In this document: piece by piece, positions 37,323 to 48,431 of the stretch
Numbering within the stretch: position 1 is the stretch's first letter
Layout of the letters: each line of letters begins with the position of its first letter
From: an uncultured Bacilli bacterium
GTDB taxonomy: Bacteria; Bacillota_I; Bacilli_A; RFN20; CAG-631
Length of the DNA: 64,000 nucleotides
NCBI GenBank assembly: GCA_947626825.1
Contig: CANQTM010000005.1
Location: 236 to 64,235, forward strand
Direction of reading: 5' to 3'
Position numbers and translations under genes: made by a program
The notes under the pieces: model-generated
Database searches by the model: none
The model's input: only the letters and a program-made list of their open reading frames with translations
What the model was told of the DNA's origin: nothing

Positions 37323-38156
37323 ATGGCTATAAAAACATATAGACCAGTTACGCCAAGTTTGCGTGCAACAACATCATTAGTAAATGATGAAATTACTAAA
37401 AGTTCTCCTGAGAAAAGTTTATTAAGTTCAGTTAAAAAACATGGCGGACGTAATAACCAAGGACAAATAACATGTCGTCATAAAGGCGGAGGACACAAAC
37501 AAAAATATAGAATTATTGATTTCGTTAGAAATAAAGATAATATTCCTGCAAAAGTAGCAGCAATTGAATATGATCCTAATCGTACAGCTAATATTGCTTT
37601 ATTACATTATGTAGATGGCGAAAAAGCTTATATTATTGCACCAAAAGGTTTACATGTAGGTGATGTTATTGTTTCTGGCGAAAAGACAGATATTAAAGTT
37701 GGTAATGCTTTATGTATTAAAAATGTTCCTGATGGTGAATTAGTTCATAATATTGAATTACATCCAGGACGTGGAGGCCAACTTATTAGATCAGCTGGTT
37801 CAAGTGCTCAAATTCTAGGTAAAGAAGGAAAATTTGTAACAGTTAGACTTTCATCTGGAGAAGTTCGTAAGATTTTAGGTGAATGTAAAGTTACAATTGG
37901 TTCTGTAGGCAATGAAGACCATAACTTAGTTAATTTAGGTAAAGCTGGTAGAAATAGATGGTTAGGTGTTAGACCAACAGTTCGTGGTTCTGTAATGAAC
38001 CCTAATGATCACCCACATGGTGGTGGTGAAGGTAAATGTCCAGTTGGACGTCCATCTCCAATGACTCCTTGGGGCAAAAAGGCTCTTGGAGTTAAAACTC
38101 GTAATAAGAAAAAAGCTTCTAATAAACTAATTGTTAGAAGAAGAAATGCTAAATAG
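37323..38156 (+). CDS. rplB: 50S ribosomal protein L2
   Basis: ...[13 protein letters not shown]... and ...[13 protein letters not shown]... Confidence 0.98.
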   Translation: MAIKTYRPVTPSLRATTSLVNDEITKSSPEKSLLSSVKKHGGRNNQGQITCRHKGGGHKQKYRIIDFVRNKDNIPAKVAAIEYDPNRTANIALLHYVDGEKAYIIAPKGLHVGDVIVSGEKTDIKVGNALCIKNVPDGELVHNIELHPGRGGQLIRSAGSSAQILGKEGKFVTVRLSSGEVRKILGECKVTIGSVGNEDHNLVNLGKAGRNRWLGVRPTVRGSVMNPNDHPHGGGEGKCPVGRPSPMTPWGKKALGVKTRNKKKASNKLIVRRRNAK

Positions 38157-38168
38157 GAGGAATAGTAC

Positions 38169-38465
38169 ATGGCACGTAGTGTTAAAAAAGGACCATTTTG
38201 TGATAAGCATTTATTAAAAAAGGTTGAAGCCTTAAATGCTTCAGGCAAAAAAGAAGTTATTAAGACATGGTCAAGAAGATCAACAATCTTCCCTTCATTT
38301 GTAGAACATACATTTGCTGTTTATAACGGCCGTGAACATTTACCTGTTTACGTTACAGAAGATATGGTTGGTCATAAATTAGGTGAATTTGCACCTACAA
38401 GAACTTTCCATGGTCATATTGGTAATAATGCCGAAGATAGAGCAGCAGCTCTAGCTAAAAAATAA
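38169..38465 (+). CDS. rpsS: 30S ribosomal protein S19
   Basis: [10 protein letters not shown]... and ...[27 protein letters not shown]. Confidence 0.98.
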   Translation: MARSVKKGPFCDKHLLKKVEALNASGKKEVIKTWSRRSTIFPSFVEHTFAVYNGREHLPVYVTEDMVGHKLGEFAPTRTFHGHIGNNAEDRAAALAKK

Positions 38466-38480
38466 TAGGGGGACAAATTA

Positions 38481-38816
38481 ATGGAAGCAAAAGCAAAATT
38501 AATGGGCGTTAAAATGAGTCCTCAAAAAGTAAAATTAGTTGTTGATTTAGTTCGTGGTAAAAGTGTTAGTGAAGCATGTGACATTTTGGATTTTACAAAG
38601 AAATATGCCGCTCCAGTTGTTTCAAAATTAATTAAATCAGCAGCTGCTAATGCAGTTAATAATCGTAAAATGGATGAAGCTTCATTATATATAAAAGAAA
38701 TTTGGGTTGGCCCTGGTAGAACATTGAAAAGATTTATGCCAAGAGCTAAAGGAAGCGCATCAAGAATTTTAAAAAGAACTAGCCATATTTATGTAGTGGT
38801 TAGTGATGAAAGATAG
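38481..38816 (+). CDS. rplV: 50S ribosomal protein L22
   Basis: 111 aa, ...SPQKV.LV.DL.RGK.V.EA..IL.F..K... Confidence 0.96.
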   Translation: MEAKAKLMGVKMSPQKVKLVVDLVRGKSVSEACDILDFTKKYAAPVVSKLIKSAAANAVNNRKMDEASLYIKEIWVGPGRTLKRFMPRAKGSASRILKRTSHIYVVVSDER

Positions 38817-38831
38817 GAGGCAACAACTTAT

Positions 38832-39488
38832 ATGGGTCAAAAAGTTAGTCCAGTAAGTATGCGTCTTGGAATCAATAAAGATTTTCAAGCAAACTGGTAT
38901 GCGGATAAAGACTTCGCTAAATATTTAAATGAAGATATTAAAATTAGAAAATACTTAGAAACTCAACTTAAGGCTGCTTCTTTATCAAAAGTTGAAATCT
39001 TAAGAGGAAAAAATTCTGTTAAGTTAAATATTTTTGTACAAAATCCTGGTATGGTTCTTGGCCAAGAAGGCGCTAACCTTGAAATTGTTAAAAAAGGTTT
39101 AAAAGCAATTTGTGCAAAAGGTGAAGAAATTAAGTTAAATGTTATTAAAGTTGAAAATCCTGATTTAGATGCTAGAATAGTTGCTTTATCAATCGCTGAT
39201 GGTCTTGAAAAAAGACAATCATTTAGAACAGTTCAAAAGAAAGCAATCATGAGAGTAATGAAAGCTGGCGCAAAAGGAATTAAAACTTGTGTATCAGGTC
39301 GTTTAGGTGGTACTGATATTGCTCGTTCTGAAGGTTATGCAGAAGGTGTTGTACCTCTACATACATTACGTAGTGATATTGATTATGCTTCTACTGAAGC
39401 AGCTACAACATATGGCCGTTTAGGTGTAAAAGTTTGGATTTGCCGTGGAGAAATTATCCCTACTAAAAAATCTGAGAAAGGAGAATAA
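38832..39488 (+). CDS. rpsC: 30S ribosomal protein S3
   Basis: [13 protein letters not shown]... with KH and S3-C domains. Confidence 0.97.
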   Translation: MGQKVSPVSMRLGINKDFQANWYADKDFAKYLNEDIKIRKYLETQLKAASLSKVEILRGKNSVKLNIFVQNPGMVLGQEGANLEIVKKGLKAICAKGEEIKLNVIKVENPDLDARIVALSIADGLEKRQSFRTVQKKAIMRVMKAGAKGIKTCVSGRLGGTDIARSEGYAEGVVPLHTLRSDIDYASTEAATTYGRLGVKVWICRGEIIPTKKSEKGE

Positions 39489-39493
39489 GCCTT

Positions 39494-39916
39494 ATGATGA
39501 TGCCAAAAAGAACAAAATATAGAAGGCCACATATTGTAAAATATGAAGGTCATTCTAAAGGCGGAACAGAAGTTACATATGGTGAGTTTGGTTTACAAGC
39601 TACTGAAGGTGGATGGATTTCTGATAAGCAAATAGAAGCTGCCCGTATTTGTCTTTCAAGATATACAAGACGAGGTGGTCAAGTGTGGATAAAAATATTC
39701 CCACAATTATGTCGTACTAAAAGAGCTATAGGTCTTCGTATGGGATCAGGTAAAGGTGCTCCAGATAGTTGGGTTGCAGTTGTTAAAGAAGGAAGAGTAA
39801 TGTTTGAAATAGGTGGTATTAGTGAAGAAGATGCAAGAAAAGCTTTATCACTTGCTGCATATAAACTTCCAGTAGGCTGCAAAATTGTTGAAAAAAAGAA
39901 AGCAGGTGCTGAATAA
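39494..39916 (+). CDS. rplP: 50S ribosomal protein L16
   Basis: [11 protein letters not shown]... The exact Met among the three is uncertain. Confidence 0.96.
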   Translation: MMMPKRTKYRRPHIVKYEGHSKGGTEVTYGEFGLQATEGGWISDKQIEAARICLSRYTRRGGQVWIKIFPQLCRTKRAIGLRMGSGKGAPDSWVAVVKEGRVMFEIGGISEEDARKALSLAAYKLPVGCKIVEKKKAGAE

Positions 39917-40116
39917 TGACAATTAATGAAATTAGAGATATTCAAACTCCAGATCTTTTAAAGAAAATTGGAGAATTAAAACAAGAATTATTCGCATTGC
40001 GTTTTCAACAAGGAACAGGACAATTAAAACAAACTGATTCAGGTAAAATGAGAGATATTAAGAAAACAATTGCTCGTATCTTAACTGTTGTAAAAGAAAG
40101 AGAACTTAGCAAATAG
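39916..40116 (+). CDS. rpmC: 50S ribosomal protein L29
   Basis: 66 aa, ...L.EL...LF.LRFQ...GQL... The start overlaps the rplP stop. Confidence 0.94.
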   Translation: MTINEIRDIQTPDLLKKIGELKQELFALRFQQGTGQLKQTDSGKMRDIKKTIARILTVVKERELSK

Positions 40117-40127
40117 GAGGTAGCAAC

Positions 40128-40391
40128 ATGGAAAGAAATACAAGAAGAACTTTAAGTGGTATAGTTGTTTCAAATACTAACGATAAGACTATTACAGTTG
40201 CAGTATCAACTTCTAAAAAGCATTCTCTTTATAATAAAAATTATACTGTAACAAAAAAATTCAGAGTTCATGATGAAAAAAATGAAGCTCAAGTTGGCGA
40301 TGAAGTAGTTATTATGGAAACTCGTCCATTATCAGCTACAAAACGTTTTCGCTTAGTATCTATTACTAAAAAAGCTGTAAGCAATAATTAA
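40128..40391 (+). CDS. rpsQ: 30S ribosomal protein S17
   Basis: 87 aa, ...L.G.VVS...DKTI.V.V......H..Y.K......K...HDE.N....GD.V.I.E.RP.S..K. Confidence 0.96.
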   Translation: MERNTRRTLSGIVVSNTNDKTITVAVSTSKKHSLYNKNYTVTKKFRVHDEKNEAQVGDEVVIMETRPLSATKRFRLVSITKKAVSNN

Positions 40392-40405
40392 TCGGAGGTA
40401 TCAGT

Positions 40406-40780
40406 ATGATTCAAAATTTATCAAGATTAGTAGTAGCTGATAATTCTGGTGCTAAAGTTGTAATGGCTTTTAGATTACTAGGTGGCTCTACAAGAAAATC
40501 TGCCAATATTGGAGATATTATTATTTGTTCTGTTAAATCTGCAACACCAAATGCCGATATTAAAAAAGGACAAATTGTTAAAGCTGTAATTGTTAGAACA
40601 AAGAAGGGCATTACACGTTCGAATGGTTCCCACATCTCTTTTGATGATAATGCAGTAGTTATTATTAATGATGATGGCTCACCTAAAGGAACACGTGTTT
40701 TTGGTCCTGTAGCTAGAGAACTTCGTGAAAAAGGAGAAGGATTTATGAAAATCGTTTCTCTTGCTCCAGAAGTATTATAG
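40406..40780 (+). CDS. rplN: 50S ribosomal protein L14
   Basis: [17 protein letters not shown]... Confidence 0.98.
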   Translation: MIQNLSRLVVADNSGAKVVMAFRLLGGSTRKSANIGDIIICSVKSATPNADIKKGQIVKAVIVRTKKGITRSNGSHISFDDNAVVIINDDGSPKGTRVFGPVARELREKGEGFMKIVSLAPEVL

Positions 40781-40792
40781 GAGGATATAAAC

Positions 40793-41158
40793 ATGAAAAT
40801 TAAAAAAGGTGATAAAGTTGTTGTCATTTCAGGTCATGAAAAAGGTAAACAAGGTGTTGTAAAAGAAACTATACCTAGTAAAGACAAGGTAATTGTTGAA
40901 GGTGTAAATATGGTTACTAAACATAATAAGCCTTCAAATCAACAAAGTGGAGCAGGTACAATTACACATAAAGAAGCACCAATACATGTTTCAAATGTTG
41001 CTATAGCAGATCCAAAAGGAGGAAAACCAGTTAAAGTTGGTTATATTTTTGAGGAAGTTGATGGCAAAAAAGTTAAAGTACGTGTAACAAAAGGAAAAAA
41101 TGCTTCTGGTGCAAAATTAGATAAAGTAAAAACTAAAGCTAAAAGAAAGGGTAAATAG
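40793..41158 (+). CDS. rplX: 50S ribosomal protein L24 (C-terminally extended)
   Basis: [19 protein letters not shown] with a KOW motif and a lysine-rich tail. Confidence 0.95.
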   Translation: MKIKKGDKVVVISGHEKGKQGVVKETIPSKDKVIVEGVNMVTKHNKPSNQQSGAGTITHKEAPIHVSNVAIADPKGGKPVKVGYIFEEVDGKKVKVRVTKGKNASGAKLDKVKTKAKRKGK

Positions 41159-41169
41159 GAGGAATAAAT

Positions 41170-41796
41170 ATGGCAACTAAAAAACAAACAGATTCAACTG
41201 CTAAAAATGTAGAAAAAGTAGTTATTCCTGCAAAACATCATGAAAATGATACTTATAAACCAGTATTATTTAAAAAATATAAAGATGAAATTTCCCCAGC
41301 TATGTTAGCAAAGTTTAATTATAAATCACCAATGGAAATTCCTCATATTGAAAAAATCGTTATTAATATGGGTGTTGGTGATGCTACACAAAATGCAAAA
41401 CTTATTGAAGCAGCTGTTGAAGATTTAACTGCAATTTCAGGTCAAAAACCAGTTATAACTAAAGCTAAAAAATCAATTGCTGTATTTAAAGTAAGAGAAG
41501 GTCAAGATATCGGCTGTAAAGTAACTCTTCGTGGCAACAGAATGTATGAATTTTTAAGTAAATTAATTAATATAGTTCTTCCACGTGTTAGAGATTTTAG
41601 AGGTGTAAGTTCTAAAGCTTTTGATGGTCGTGGAAATTACACATTAGGTATTAAAGAACAATTAATTTTCCCTGAAATTAATTATGATAAAGTAGTTAAG
41701 GTTAGAGGAATGGATATTGTAATCGTTACAACAGCTAAAACTGATGCAGAAGGCAAAGAATTATTAAGATTATTCGGTATGCCTTTTGAAAAGTAG
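41170..41796 (+). CDS. rplE: 50S ribosomal protein L5 (N-terminally extended)
   Basis: The core from ...LFKKYKDEI...NMGVGDA... is preceded by about 28 extra residues. Confidence 0.95.
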   Translation: MATKKQTDSTAKNVEKVVIPAKHHENDTYKPVLFKKYKDEISPAMLAKFNYKSPMEIPHIEKIVINMGVGDATQNAKLIEAAVEDLTAISGQKPVITKAKKSIAVFKVREGQDIGCKVTLRGNRMYEFLSKLINIVLPRVRDFRGVSSKAFDGRGNYTLGIKEQLIFPEINYDKVVKVRGMDIVIVTTAKTDAEGKELLRLFGMPFEK

Positions 41797-41808
41797 GAGG
41801 ACAATACA

Positions 41809-41994
41809 ATGGCTAAAAAATCAATGATTGCTAAACAACAAAGAACTCCAAAGTTCTCTACAAGAGCATATACAAGATGCGAACGTTGTGGACGTCCTCA
41901 TTCTGTATTAAGAAAATTCAATTTATGTAGAATTTGCGTTCGTGAACTTGCTTATAAGGGTCAAATCCCTGGAATGAAAAAAGCAAGTTGGTAA
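41809..41994 (+). CDS. rpsN: 30S ribosomal protein S14, type Z (zinc-binding)
   Basis: 61 aa. CERCGR...CRIC is the CxxC...CxxC motif. Confidence 0.96.
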   Translation: MAKKSMIAKQQRTPKFSTRAYTRCERCGRPHSVLRKFNLCRICVRELAYKGQIPGMKKASW

Positions 41995-42017
41995 TTTTAA
42001 AGGAGGATTAAAACTAT

Positions 42018-42413
42018 ATGTCAATGATGGATCCAATTGCTGATATGTTAACTCGTATCCGCAATGCCAACCAATTAAAATATAAGACAGTATCAATGCC
42101 TGCTTCAAAAATTAAGCAAACAATTGCTACTGTTATGTTAAATGAAGGCTATATTTCAGACTTAAAAGTTGAAGGCGATGTCAAAAAAGTTTTAACCATC
42201 ACTTTAAAATATGCTGAAGATGGCGAAAGAGTAATTTCAGGTTTAAAGAGAATTTCAAAACCATCTTTGAGAATTCAAGTAAAAGCTGAAGATTTACCAC
42301 GAGTATTAAATGGCTTAGGTATTGCTATTATTTCTACTTCTCAAGGAATTATGACTGATAAAGAAGCACGTGCTAAAAATATTGGTGGCGAAGTGCTTGC
42401 ATATGTTTGGTAG
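42018..42413 (+). CDS. rpsH: 30S ribosomal protein S8
   Basis: [17 protein letters not shown]... Confidence 0.97.
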   Translation: MSMMDPIADMLTRIRNANQLKYKTVSMPASKIKQTIATVMLNEGYISDLKVEGDVKKVLTITLKYAEDGERVISGLKRISKPSLRIQVKAEDLPRVLNGLGIAIISTSQGIMTDKEARAKNIGGEVLAYVW

Positions 42414-42424
42414 GAGGTAATTAT

Positions 42425-42964
42425 ATGTCACGTATTGGAAATAAACATATTACTATTCCTGCTGGAGTTAATGTTACTATTAATGGTTCAACTATTACAG
42501 TTAAAGGACCAAAAGGTGAATTAACAAAAAAATTTGAAGATTGTATTGAAATGAATCTTGATGGTGAAACTTTAACATTTAAACCATTAAATGAATTAAA
42601 GCACACACATCAAATGCATGGTACAACAAGAGCTATAGTTGCTAATATGGTTAAAGGTGTTAGCGAAGGCTTTGAAAAGATTTTAAATATAACTGGTACA
42701 GGTTATAAAGCCGAGCTTAAAAATGGAAGTGTTGTAATGTCACTTGGATATTCACATACTATTACAATGGTTCCACCAGCTGGAATTACTTATAGTGTTC
42801 CAAAAATTGATGAAGTTCATGTAACTGGTATCGATAAAGAATTAGTTGGCCAATGTGCTGCTGAAATTCGTGAATTAAGAAAACCAGAACCATATCATGG
42901 CAAAGGTGTTCATTATTCAGATGAAAAGATTAGACGTAAGGAGATTAAGAAAGCTGCTAAATAG
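42425..42964 (+). CDS. rplF: 50S ribosomal protein L6
   Basis: MSRIGNKHITIP.GV... The ATG at 42425 follows AGGAGG. The track start overlaps rpsH. Confidence 0.96.
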   Translation: MSRIGNKHITIPAGVNVTINGSTITVKGPKGELTKKFEDCIEMNLDGETLTFKPLNELKHTHQMHGTTRAIVANMVKGVSEGFEKILNITGTGYKAELKNGSVVMSLGYSHTITMVPPAGITYSVPKIDEVHVTGIDKELVGQCAAEIRELRKPEPYHGKGVHYSDEKIRRKEIKKAAK

Positions 42965-42991
42965 TAAGCTTTAGAAAGGAAAAGTGAAATT

Positions 42992-43348
42992 ATGATTAAT
43001 AAAACAAATAAAAGTGTAAATAGAATTAAACGTCATCGTCGAATTCGTAAACAAATTTCAGGAACTCCAGAATGTCCTCGTCTATCAGTATTTCGTTCTA
43101 ATAAGAACATTGCTGTTCAAGTAATTGATGATGTTCATGGTAAAACATTAGTAGCTTCATCTACAGAACAACTTCATGTTGTTAATGGTGGAAATATCGA
43201 AGGCTCAAAACTTGTTGGTGCTGATATTGCTAAAAAATGTTTAGCAGCTGGCATTGAAAAAGTTGTCTTTGATAGAGGTGGCTATATTTATACAGGCCGT
43301 ATTGCTGCTTTAGCTGCTGCAGCTAGAGAAAACGGCTTAAAATTCTAG
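42992..43348 (+). CDS. rplR: 50S ribosomal protein L18
   Basis: ...R.KRH.RIR..I.GT...[16 protein letters not shown]... and FDRGGY.Y.GR..ALA.AARE.GL.F. Confidence 0.96.
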   Translation: MINKTNKSVNRIKRHRRIRKQISGTPECPRLSVFRSNKNIAVQVIDDVHGKTLVASSTEQLHVVNGGNIEGSKLVGADIAKKCLAAGIEKVVFDRGGYIYTGRIAALAAAARENGLKF

Positions 43349-43361
43349 GAGGAAAATTATA

Positions 43362-43982
43362 ATGGCAGAAGAAGAAAAAGTAGTTTCTGAAACTAAAGAA
43401 GTTAAAAATGATGTTAAAACTGATGCAAGAAATGATAATCCTCGTGGAAATAGAAAAAATTTCAATAAAAATAATCGACGTCCATTAAGAGAAAAGAAAG
43501 TTGATGAAATTGAAGATAGAACAGTTTCAGTTAACAAAGTATGTAAAACAGTTAAAGGTGGTCGTAAATTAAGATTTGCTTCTTTAATTGTTGCTGGTGA
43601 TCGTAAAGGTCATGTTGGTATGGGCACTGGAAAAGCAAAAGAAGTACCAGATGGTATGAAAAAAGCTTCAGAAAGAGCTCGTAAAAAACAATATACTGTT
43701 CCAATGGTTAAAGGAAATACCATTCCTCATGCTGTTATAGGTAAGCATGGCGCTTGTAAAGTATTTTTAAGACCTGCTCCTGAAGGTACTGGAATTGTTG
43801 CTGGAGGTCCAGTTCGTGCTGTCCTTGAACTTGCTGGAATTCGTAATATCTATTCAAAAGTTTATGGCTCTCGTACTTCAGTAAATATGGTAAGAGCAAC
43901 TATAAATGCTATAGAAAATTTAAAAACAGTTGAACACGTTGCTGCACTTCGTGGTAAATCTGTTAACGAAATCAAACATTAA
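43362..43982 (+). CDS. rpsE: 30S ribosomal protein S5 (N-terminally extended)
   Basis: The core from ...[36 protein letters not shown] is preceded by about 45 charged residues. Confidence 0.95.
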   Translation: MAEEEKVVSETKEVKNDVKTDARNDNPRGNRKNFNKNNRRPLREKKVDEIEDRTVSVNKVCKTVKGGRKLRFASLIVAGDRKGHVGMGTGKAKEVPDGMKKASERARKKQYTVPMVKGNTIPHAVIGKHGACKVFLRPAPEGTGIVAGGPVRAVLELAGIRNIYSKVYGSRTSVNMVRATINAIENLKTVEHVAALRGKSVNEIKH

Positions 43983-44002
43983 TCATTAAGGAGGGCTTAA
44001 AT

Positions 44003-44446
44003 ATGAAACTTAATGAATTAACATACACATCTGGTTCTCGTAGAAAAGAACTACGTGTAGGGAGAGGAATGGGCTCAAAAGGTAAACAATGTGGCCGAGG
44101 CATGAATGGTCAAACAAAGCATAATGGTGCTGGACCACATCCAGGATTTGAAGGTGGTCAATTACCATTATATAGAGCTATTCCAAAATTTGGCTTTAGC
44201 AATCGTAATAGAAAAGAATATGCTATTGTTAATGTCAAAGATTTAGAAGATAAATTTGAAAATGGATCAGTTGTTAGTCCAGAAGATTTAATTAATGCTA
44301 ATATCATCAAGAAAACTTTAGCAGGTATTAAAGTTTTAGGTGGTGCTAAAATGACTAAAAAGCTTACTGTTCGCGCTTCAAAATTCTCGTCTTCAGCTAA
44401 AAGTGCAATTGAAGAAGCAGGAGGCACTGTTGAGGTGATTGACTAA
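44003..44446 (+). CDS. rplO: 50S ribosomal protein L15
   Basis: MKLNEL....GSRRK..RVGRG.GS..GK..GRG..GQ... It follows rpsE after only 20 nt, so no rpmD lies between them. Confidence 0.96.
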   Translation: MKLNELTYTSGSRRKELRVGRGMGSKGKQCGRGMNGQTKHNGAGPHPGFEGGQLPLYRAIPKFGFSNRNRKEYAIVNVKDLEDKFENGSVVSPEDLINANIIKKTLAGIKVLGGAKMTKKLTVRASKFSSSAKSAIEEAGGTVEVID

Positions 44447-45768
44447 TGTTTAATCGTTTCGTTGATGCTTTCAAAAGCAAGGACGTTCGCGGAAGAATAT
44501 TCTTCACATTGTCAATTTTACTTATTTATGTTTTAGGTCTTATGATTGCTGTTCCAGGTGTTGTTGCTAATAATATCAATGATGCTTTGGAACATAATGA
44601 TATCTTAGGTATAATGAATATGTTATCAGGAGGTGCACTTGATTCATTCTCAATCTTTGCATTAGGTGTATCACCATACATTACTGCTTCAATTATTGTT
44701 CAATTGTTGCAAATGGGAGTTTTACCAAAATTGCAAGAACTTGCCGAACAAGGGGAAGCAGGAAGAAGAAAAATTAATGATATTACTCGTTATTTAGGTT
44801 TATTACTTGGTGCTGTGCAAGCTTATGGTATGATTGTCACTTTGGATAATCGAGGGGATTTTGACTTTTCAGGAATTTTCCCTAGTTTACCAAAATGGGT
44901 TGCTTATGTTTATGTAATTGCTGTTATGCTTGCTGGTACAATGTTTGTAATGTGGCTTTCAGACCAAATTACACAAAAAGGTATCGGTAATGGTGTATCA
45001 ATGATTATCTTCGCTGGTATTGTTAAAGAAATTCCTGCATCATATTCACAAGTTTGGTCTATTTTAGTTCAAGGCCAAGGTGCTGAATTCTTTAATGGAT
45101 TATTATTATTCATTGCCTATGTTTTATATACATGTTTCATTATATTATTTGTTATTTTCTTTGAATTATCGGAAAGAAAAATACCTATTCAACAATCAAA
45201 AGCATCTATTTCTCAACAAACAAAAATGAATTATTTGCCAATTAAGGTTAATCCAGGTGGCGTAATTCCAGTAATTTTTGCTCAAGCTGTTTTATCAGCT
45301 CCAGTAACAATTTTAGGTTTTATTGATGCCAATTCGGATGCATATAAGAATGTTAGTGATTTCTTTACTATTTCTAAATTATTCCATGGTTGGCCAGTTG
45401 CATTAATTATTTATATTTTATTAATTATATTATTCTCATTTATGTATGCACATATTCAAATTGATTGTGAAAAGATATCTGAGAATTTAACAAAACAAGG
45501 TTCTTATATTCCTGGAATTCGTTCAGGTACTGAGACAAGACAATATTTATCTAGTATTTTAAATCGTGTAACTTTTACAGGAGCTATTGCATTAGCCTTT
45601 GTGGCAGCAATGCCTTATATTTTACCAATGATATTTGTTAAATTAGCAGGAACATCATTTGGTGGAACTGGATTAATTATTGTTGTTGGCGTTGCTCTTG
45701 AAACTTGTTCACAAATTGATGGTTATGTTGCAGAACGTAACTATAAAACATTTAATTTTGACTTATAG
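44446..45768 (+). CDS. secY: Preprotein translocase subunit SecY
   Basis: 440 aa with 10 TM helices, and ...FALGVSPYITASIIVQLL... Confidence 0.96.
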   Translation: MFNRFVDAFKSKDVRGRIFFTLSILLIYVLGLMIAVPGVVANNINDALEHNDILGIMNMLSGGALDSFSIFALGVSPYITASIIVQLLQMGVLPKLQELAEQGEAGRRKINDITRYLGLLLGAVQAYGMIVTLDNRGDFDFSGIFPSLPKWVAYVYVIAVMLAGTMFVMWLSDQITQKGIGNGVSMIIFAGIVKEIPASYSQVWSILVQGQGAEFFNGLLLFIAYVLYTCFIILFVIFFELSERKIPIQQSKASISQQTKMNYLPIKVNPGGVIPVIFAQAVLSAPVTILGFIDANSDAYKNVSDFFTISKLFHGWPVALIIYILLIILFSFMYAHIQIDCEKISENLTKQGSYIPGIRSGTETRQYLSSILNRVTFTGAIALAFVAAMPYILPMIFVKLAGTSFGGTGLIIVVGVALETCSQIDGYVAERNYKTFNFDL

Positions 45769-45782
45769 GAAGGAATTAATAA

Positions 45783-46427
45783 ATGAATATAATTCTATTT
45801 GGTGCTCCAGGTGTTGGTAAGGGTACACAAGCGGAAAAACTAGTTAAAAAGTATCATATTGTTCACATTTCAACTGGTGAAATGTTTCGTGATGCTATTA
45901 AAGGAAATACTCCTTTAGGGCAACTTGCTAATTCCTATATTTCTAAAGGGCATTTAGTTCCTGATGAAGTCACAATATCACTTGTAAAAGAAAGAATTTC
46001 ACAAAGTGATTGTCAAAAAGGATTTATTCTAGATGGTTTCCCACGCACTTTGCAACAAGCAGAGTGCTTGGGAAAGATATGTTTAGAATTAAATATTAAA
46101 ATTGATTATGTCATCGATATCGAAGTTTTAGAAGATGAATTAATCACAAGACTTTCTGGTAGAAGAATATGTAAGAATTGTGGTAGTTCATATCATGTGG
46201 TCTTTAACAAGCCAAAAGTTAATGATGTTTGTGATAATTGTCAAGGGCCATTAATAACTCGAGATGATGATAATAAAGAAAGCGTTATTGTTCGTTTGAA
46301 TACTTATAAAAAACAAACTGAACCATTAATTAAATATTATATGGATCAAGGTATATTATTAAGAATTAACGGACAACAAGCAATTGACGATGTTTTTAAA
46401 GAAATCGTCAACAAAATTGGAGAATAA
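45783..46427 (+). CDS. adk: Adenylate kinase (zinc-lid type)
   Basis: P-loop GAPGVGKGTQ. The lid carries CKNCGSSYH...CDNCQG. Confidence 0.96.
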   Translation: MNIILFGAPGVGKGTQAEKLVKKYHIVHISTGEMFRDAIKGNTPLGQLANSYISKGHLVPDEVTISLVKERISQSDCQKGFILDGFPRTLQQAECLGKICLELNIKIDYVIDIEVLEDELITRLSGRRICKNCGSSYHVVFNKPKVNDVCDNCQGPLITRDDDNKESVIVRLNTYKKQTEPLIKYYMDQGILLRINGQQAIDDVFKEIVNKIGE

Positions 46428-46431
46428 TACC

Positions 46432-47181
46432 ATGATTAATATTCGAACACCTCAAGAAGTAAAACTTCTAAGAGAAGCTGGACGAGTAGTTGCTAAAACT
46501 CATCAATATTTGCAACAATTTATTAAACCTGGTATTACTACTAAAGAATTAGACAAATTGGCTGAAAAATTTATTCTATCATGCCATGCAACTCCAAGTT
46601 TTAAGGGACTATATGGATTTAAAGGATCTATATGTACATCAATTAATGATATGGTTATTCATGGAATTCCAAGTAGTCATGAAAAATTAAAAGATGGTGA
46701 TATTATTTCACTTGATATTGGAGCTTGCTTAAATGGCTATCATGGTGATAGTGCTTGGACTTACAAAGTAGGAAATGTTTCTAAAGAAGCAGAATTTTTA
46801 ATGAAAGTAACTCATGATGCTTTATTTGAAGGGTTAAAACAAGCAAAACCTGGTAATAGAGTAGGTGATATTTCAGCAGCTATTGAACATTATGTGGCCG
46901 CAAATGGATGTACAAGTCCTTATGATTATACAGGACATGGTGTAGGTACTAGTGTACATGAAGATCCATTAGTTCCAAATTATGGAAGAGCTGGTCACGG
47001 TCCAAAATTACAAGTTGGAATGGTCATAGCTGTAGAACCTATGGTTCATCTTGGCAAAGCAGAAGTTTATGTTTTAGATGATGAATGGGGCGTTAAAACC
47101 TTAGATCATAGTTTAGCAGCCCATTATGAACATACAATTGCTATAACTAATGATGGGTATGAAATTATGACAACATTATAG
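46432..47181 (+). CDS. map: Type I methionine aminopeptidase
   Basis: MINIRTP.E...L.EAG... with metal ligands in DIISLDIG...GYHGDS...HGVG...VIAVEP...HYEHT. The ATG at 46432 lies after the adk stop. Confidence 0.95.
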   Translation: MINIRTPQEVKLLREAGRVVAKTHQYLQQFIKPGITTKELDKLAEKFILSCHATPSFKGLYGFKGSICTSINDMVIHGIPSSHEKLKDGDIISLDIGACLNGYHGDSAWTYKVGNVSKEAEFLMKVTHDALFEGLKQAKPGNRVGDISAAIEHYVAANGCTSPYDYTGHGVGTSVHEDPLVPNYGRAGHGPKLQVGMVIAVEPMVHLGKAEVYVLDDEWGVKTLDHSLAAHYEHTIAITNDGYEIMTTL

Positions 47182-47195
47182 GAGGAAAATACAAT

Positions 47196-47417
47196 TTGGC
47201 TAAACAAGATGTTATAGAGGTAGAGGCAGTCATTGTAGAAGCATTGCCAAATGCAATGTTTAAAGCAAAATTAATAGATAATGACATGGTAGTCCTTGCC
47301 CACGTTTCTGGTAAAATCCGTATGAATTACATTCGCATTTTACCTGGTGATAAGGTTACCTTAGAACTATCTCCGTATGATTTAACACGTGGGCGTATTA
47401 CATTTAGACACAAGTAA
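47196..47417 (+). CDS. infA: Translation initiation factor IF-1
   Basis: TTG start. [20 protein letters not shown]...L.N......[28 protein letters not shown]. Confidence 0.96.
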   Translation: MAKQDVIEVEAVIVEALPNAMFKAKLIDNDMVVLAHVSGKIRMNYIRILPGDKVTLELSPYDLTRGRITFRHK

Positions 47418-47455
47418 TACACTAAAATATTTTTAAACCAAGGAGGGCATAAATT

Positions 47456-47569
47456 ATGAAGGTAAGACCTTCTGTTAAACCAATTTGCAATAAATGCAAA
47501 ATTATTCGTCGTAAGGGCCGCTTGATGGTTATTTGTGAAAATCCAAAACACAAACAAAGACAAGGCTAA
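47456..47569 (+). CDS. rpmJ: 50S ribosomal protein L36 (not in supplied ORF track)
   Basis: My own translation gives [46 protein letters not shown] lies 7 nt upstream. It is the Cys3-His zinc form. Confidence 0.95.
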   Translation: MKVRPSVKPICNKCKIIRRKGRLMVICENPKHKQRQG

Positions 47570-47591
47570 TTTATAGGAGGATTAAAAACAA

Positions 47592-47969
47592 ATGGCTCGT
47601 ATCGCAGGAGTAGATATTCCTAATGAAAAAAGAGTTGTAATCTCTTTAACTTACATATTTGGTATTGGACGTAGTAGAGCATCTAAAATTTTACGTGATG
47701 CAAATATTAGTGAAGATATTAGAGTAAAAGATTTAACTGAACAACAACTTTCTGCTATTCGTAATGGCGTTTCATATTATAAAGTTGAAGGCGATTTACA
47801 TCGTGAAATTAATATGAATATTAAAAGATTAATGGAAATGGGTTGTTATCGTGGCCTTCGCCACAAAAAAGGACTTCCAGTTCGTGGTCAAAGAACAAAG
47901 ACAAATGCTAGAACTCGTAAAGGTCCTGCAAAAACTATTGCCAATAAGAAAATGGCAACTAAAGGATAA
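47592..47969 (+). CDS. rpsM: 30S ribosomal protein S13
   Basis: [11 protein letters not shown]......LTYI.GIG... Confidence 0.97.
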   Translation: MARIAGVDIPNEKRVVISLTYIFGIGRSRASKILRDANISEDIRVKDLTEQQLSAIRNGVSYYKVEGDLHREINMNIKRLMEMGCYRGLRHKKGLPVRGQRTKTNARTRKGPAKTIANKKMATKG

Positions 47970-47984
47970 GGAGGAAAATAAACT

Positions 47985-48377
47985 ATGGCACAAAAGACTG
48001 TACGTAAAACTCGTAAAAAAGAGAGAAGAAATGTTGCTCGTGGTGTTGCTCATATCCATTCTACATTTAATAATACAATTGTTACAATTGCTGATGAATC
48101 AGGAAATGTTATTGCATGGTCAAGTGCAGGTGCATTAGGTTTTAAAGGTTCAAAGAAATCAACACCTTTTGCAGCTCAAATGGCTGGTGAAGCAGCAGCA
48201 AAAGTTGCTGTTATGCAAGGTATGAAATTTATTAGCGTTGATGTTAAAGGACCAGGTCCAGGACGTGAAGCTGCTGTTCGTTCATTGCAAACTGCAGGAC
48301 TTGAAATTAATGCAATTTCAGATGTAACTCCAATTCCACATAATGGCTGTCGTCCTCCAAAACGTCCAAGAGGTTAA
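47985..48377 (+). CDS. rpsK: 30S ribosomal protein S11
   Basis: ...[17 protein letters not shown]...WSSAG..GFKGS.K.TP.AAQ... Confidence 0.97.
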   Translation: MAQKTVRKTRKKERRNVARGVAHIHSTFNNTIVTIADESGNVIAWSSAGALGFKGSKKSTPFAAQMAGEAAAKVAVMQGMKFISVDVKGPGPGREAAVRSLQTAGLEINAISDVTPIPHNGCRPPKRPRG

Positions 48378-48431
48378 GCAGTATAAGTTTAAATCAAAGA
48401 CATTTATTATTTAGGAGGGACAATAACACAA

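Noticed and set aside
40411-40827. 138-aa minus-strand ORF
   Set aside because: It is antisense to rplN and the rplX start inside a tightly packed ribosomal operon. It is an artefact of a long stop-free antisense frame.
47851-48138. 95-aa + strand ORF spanning the rpsM/rpsK junction in another frame
   Set aside because: It overlaps two conserved genes and their intergenic SD. It is an out-of-frame artefact.
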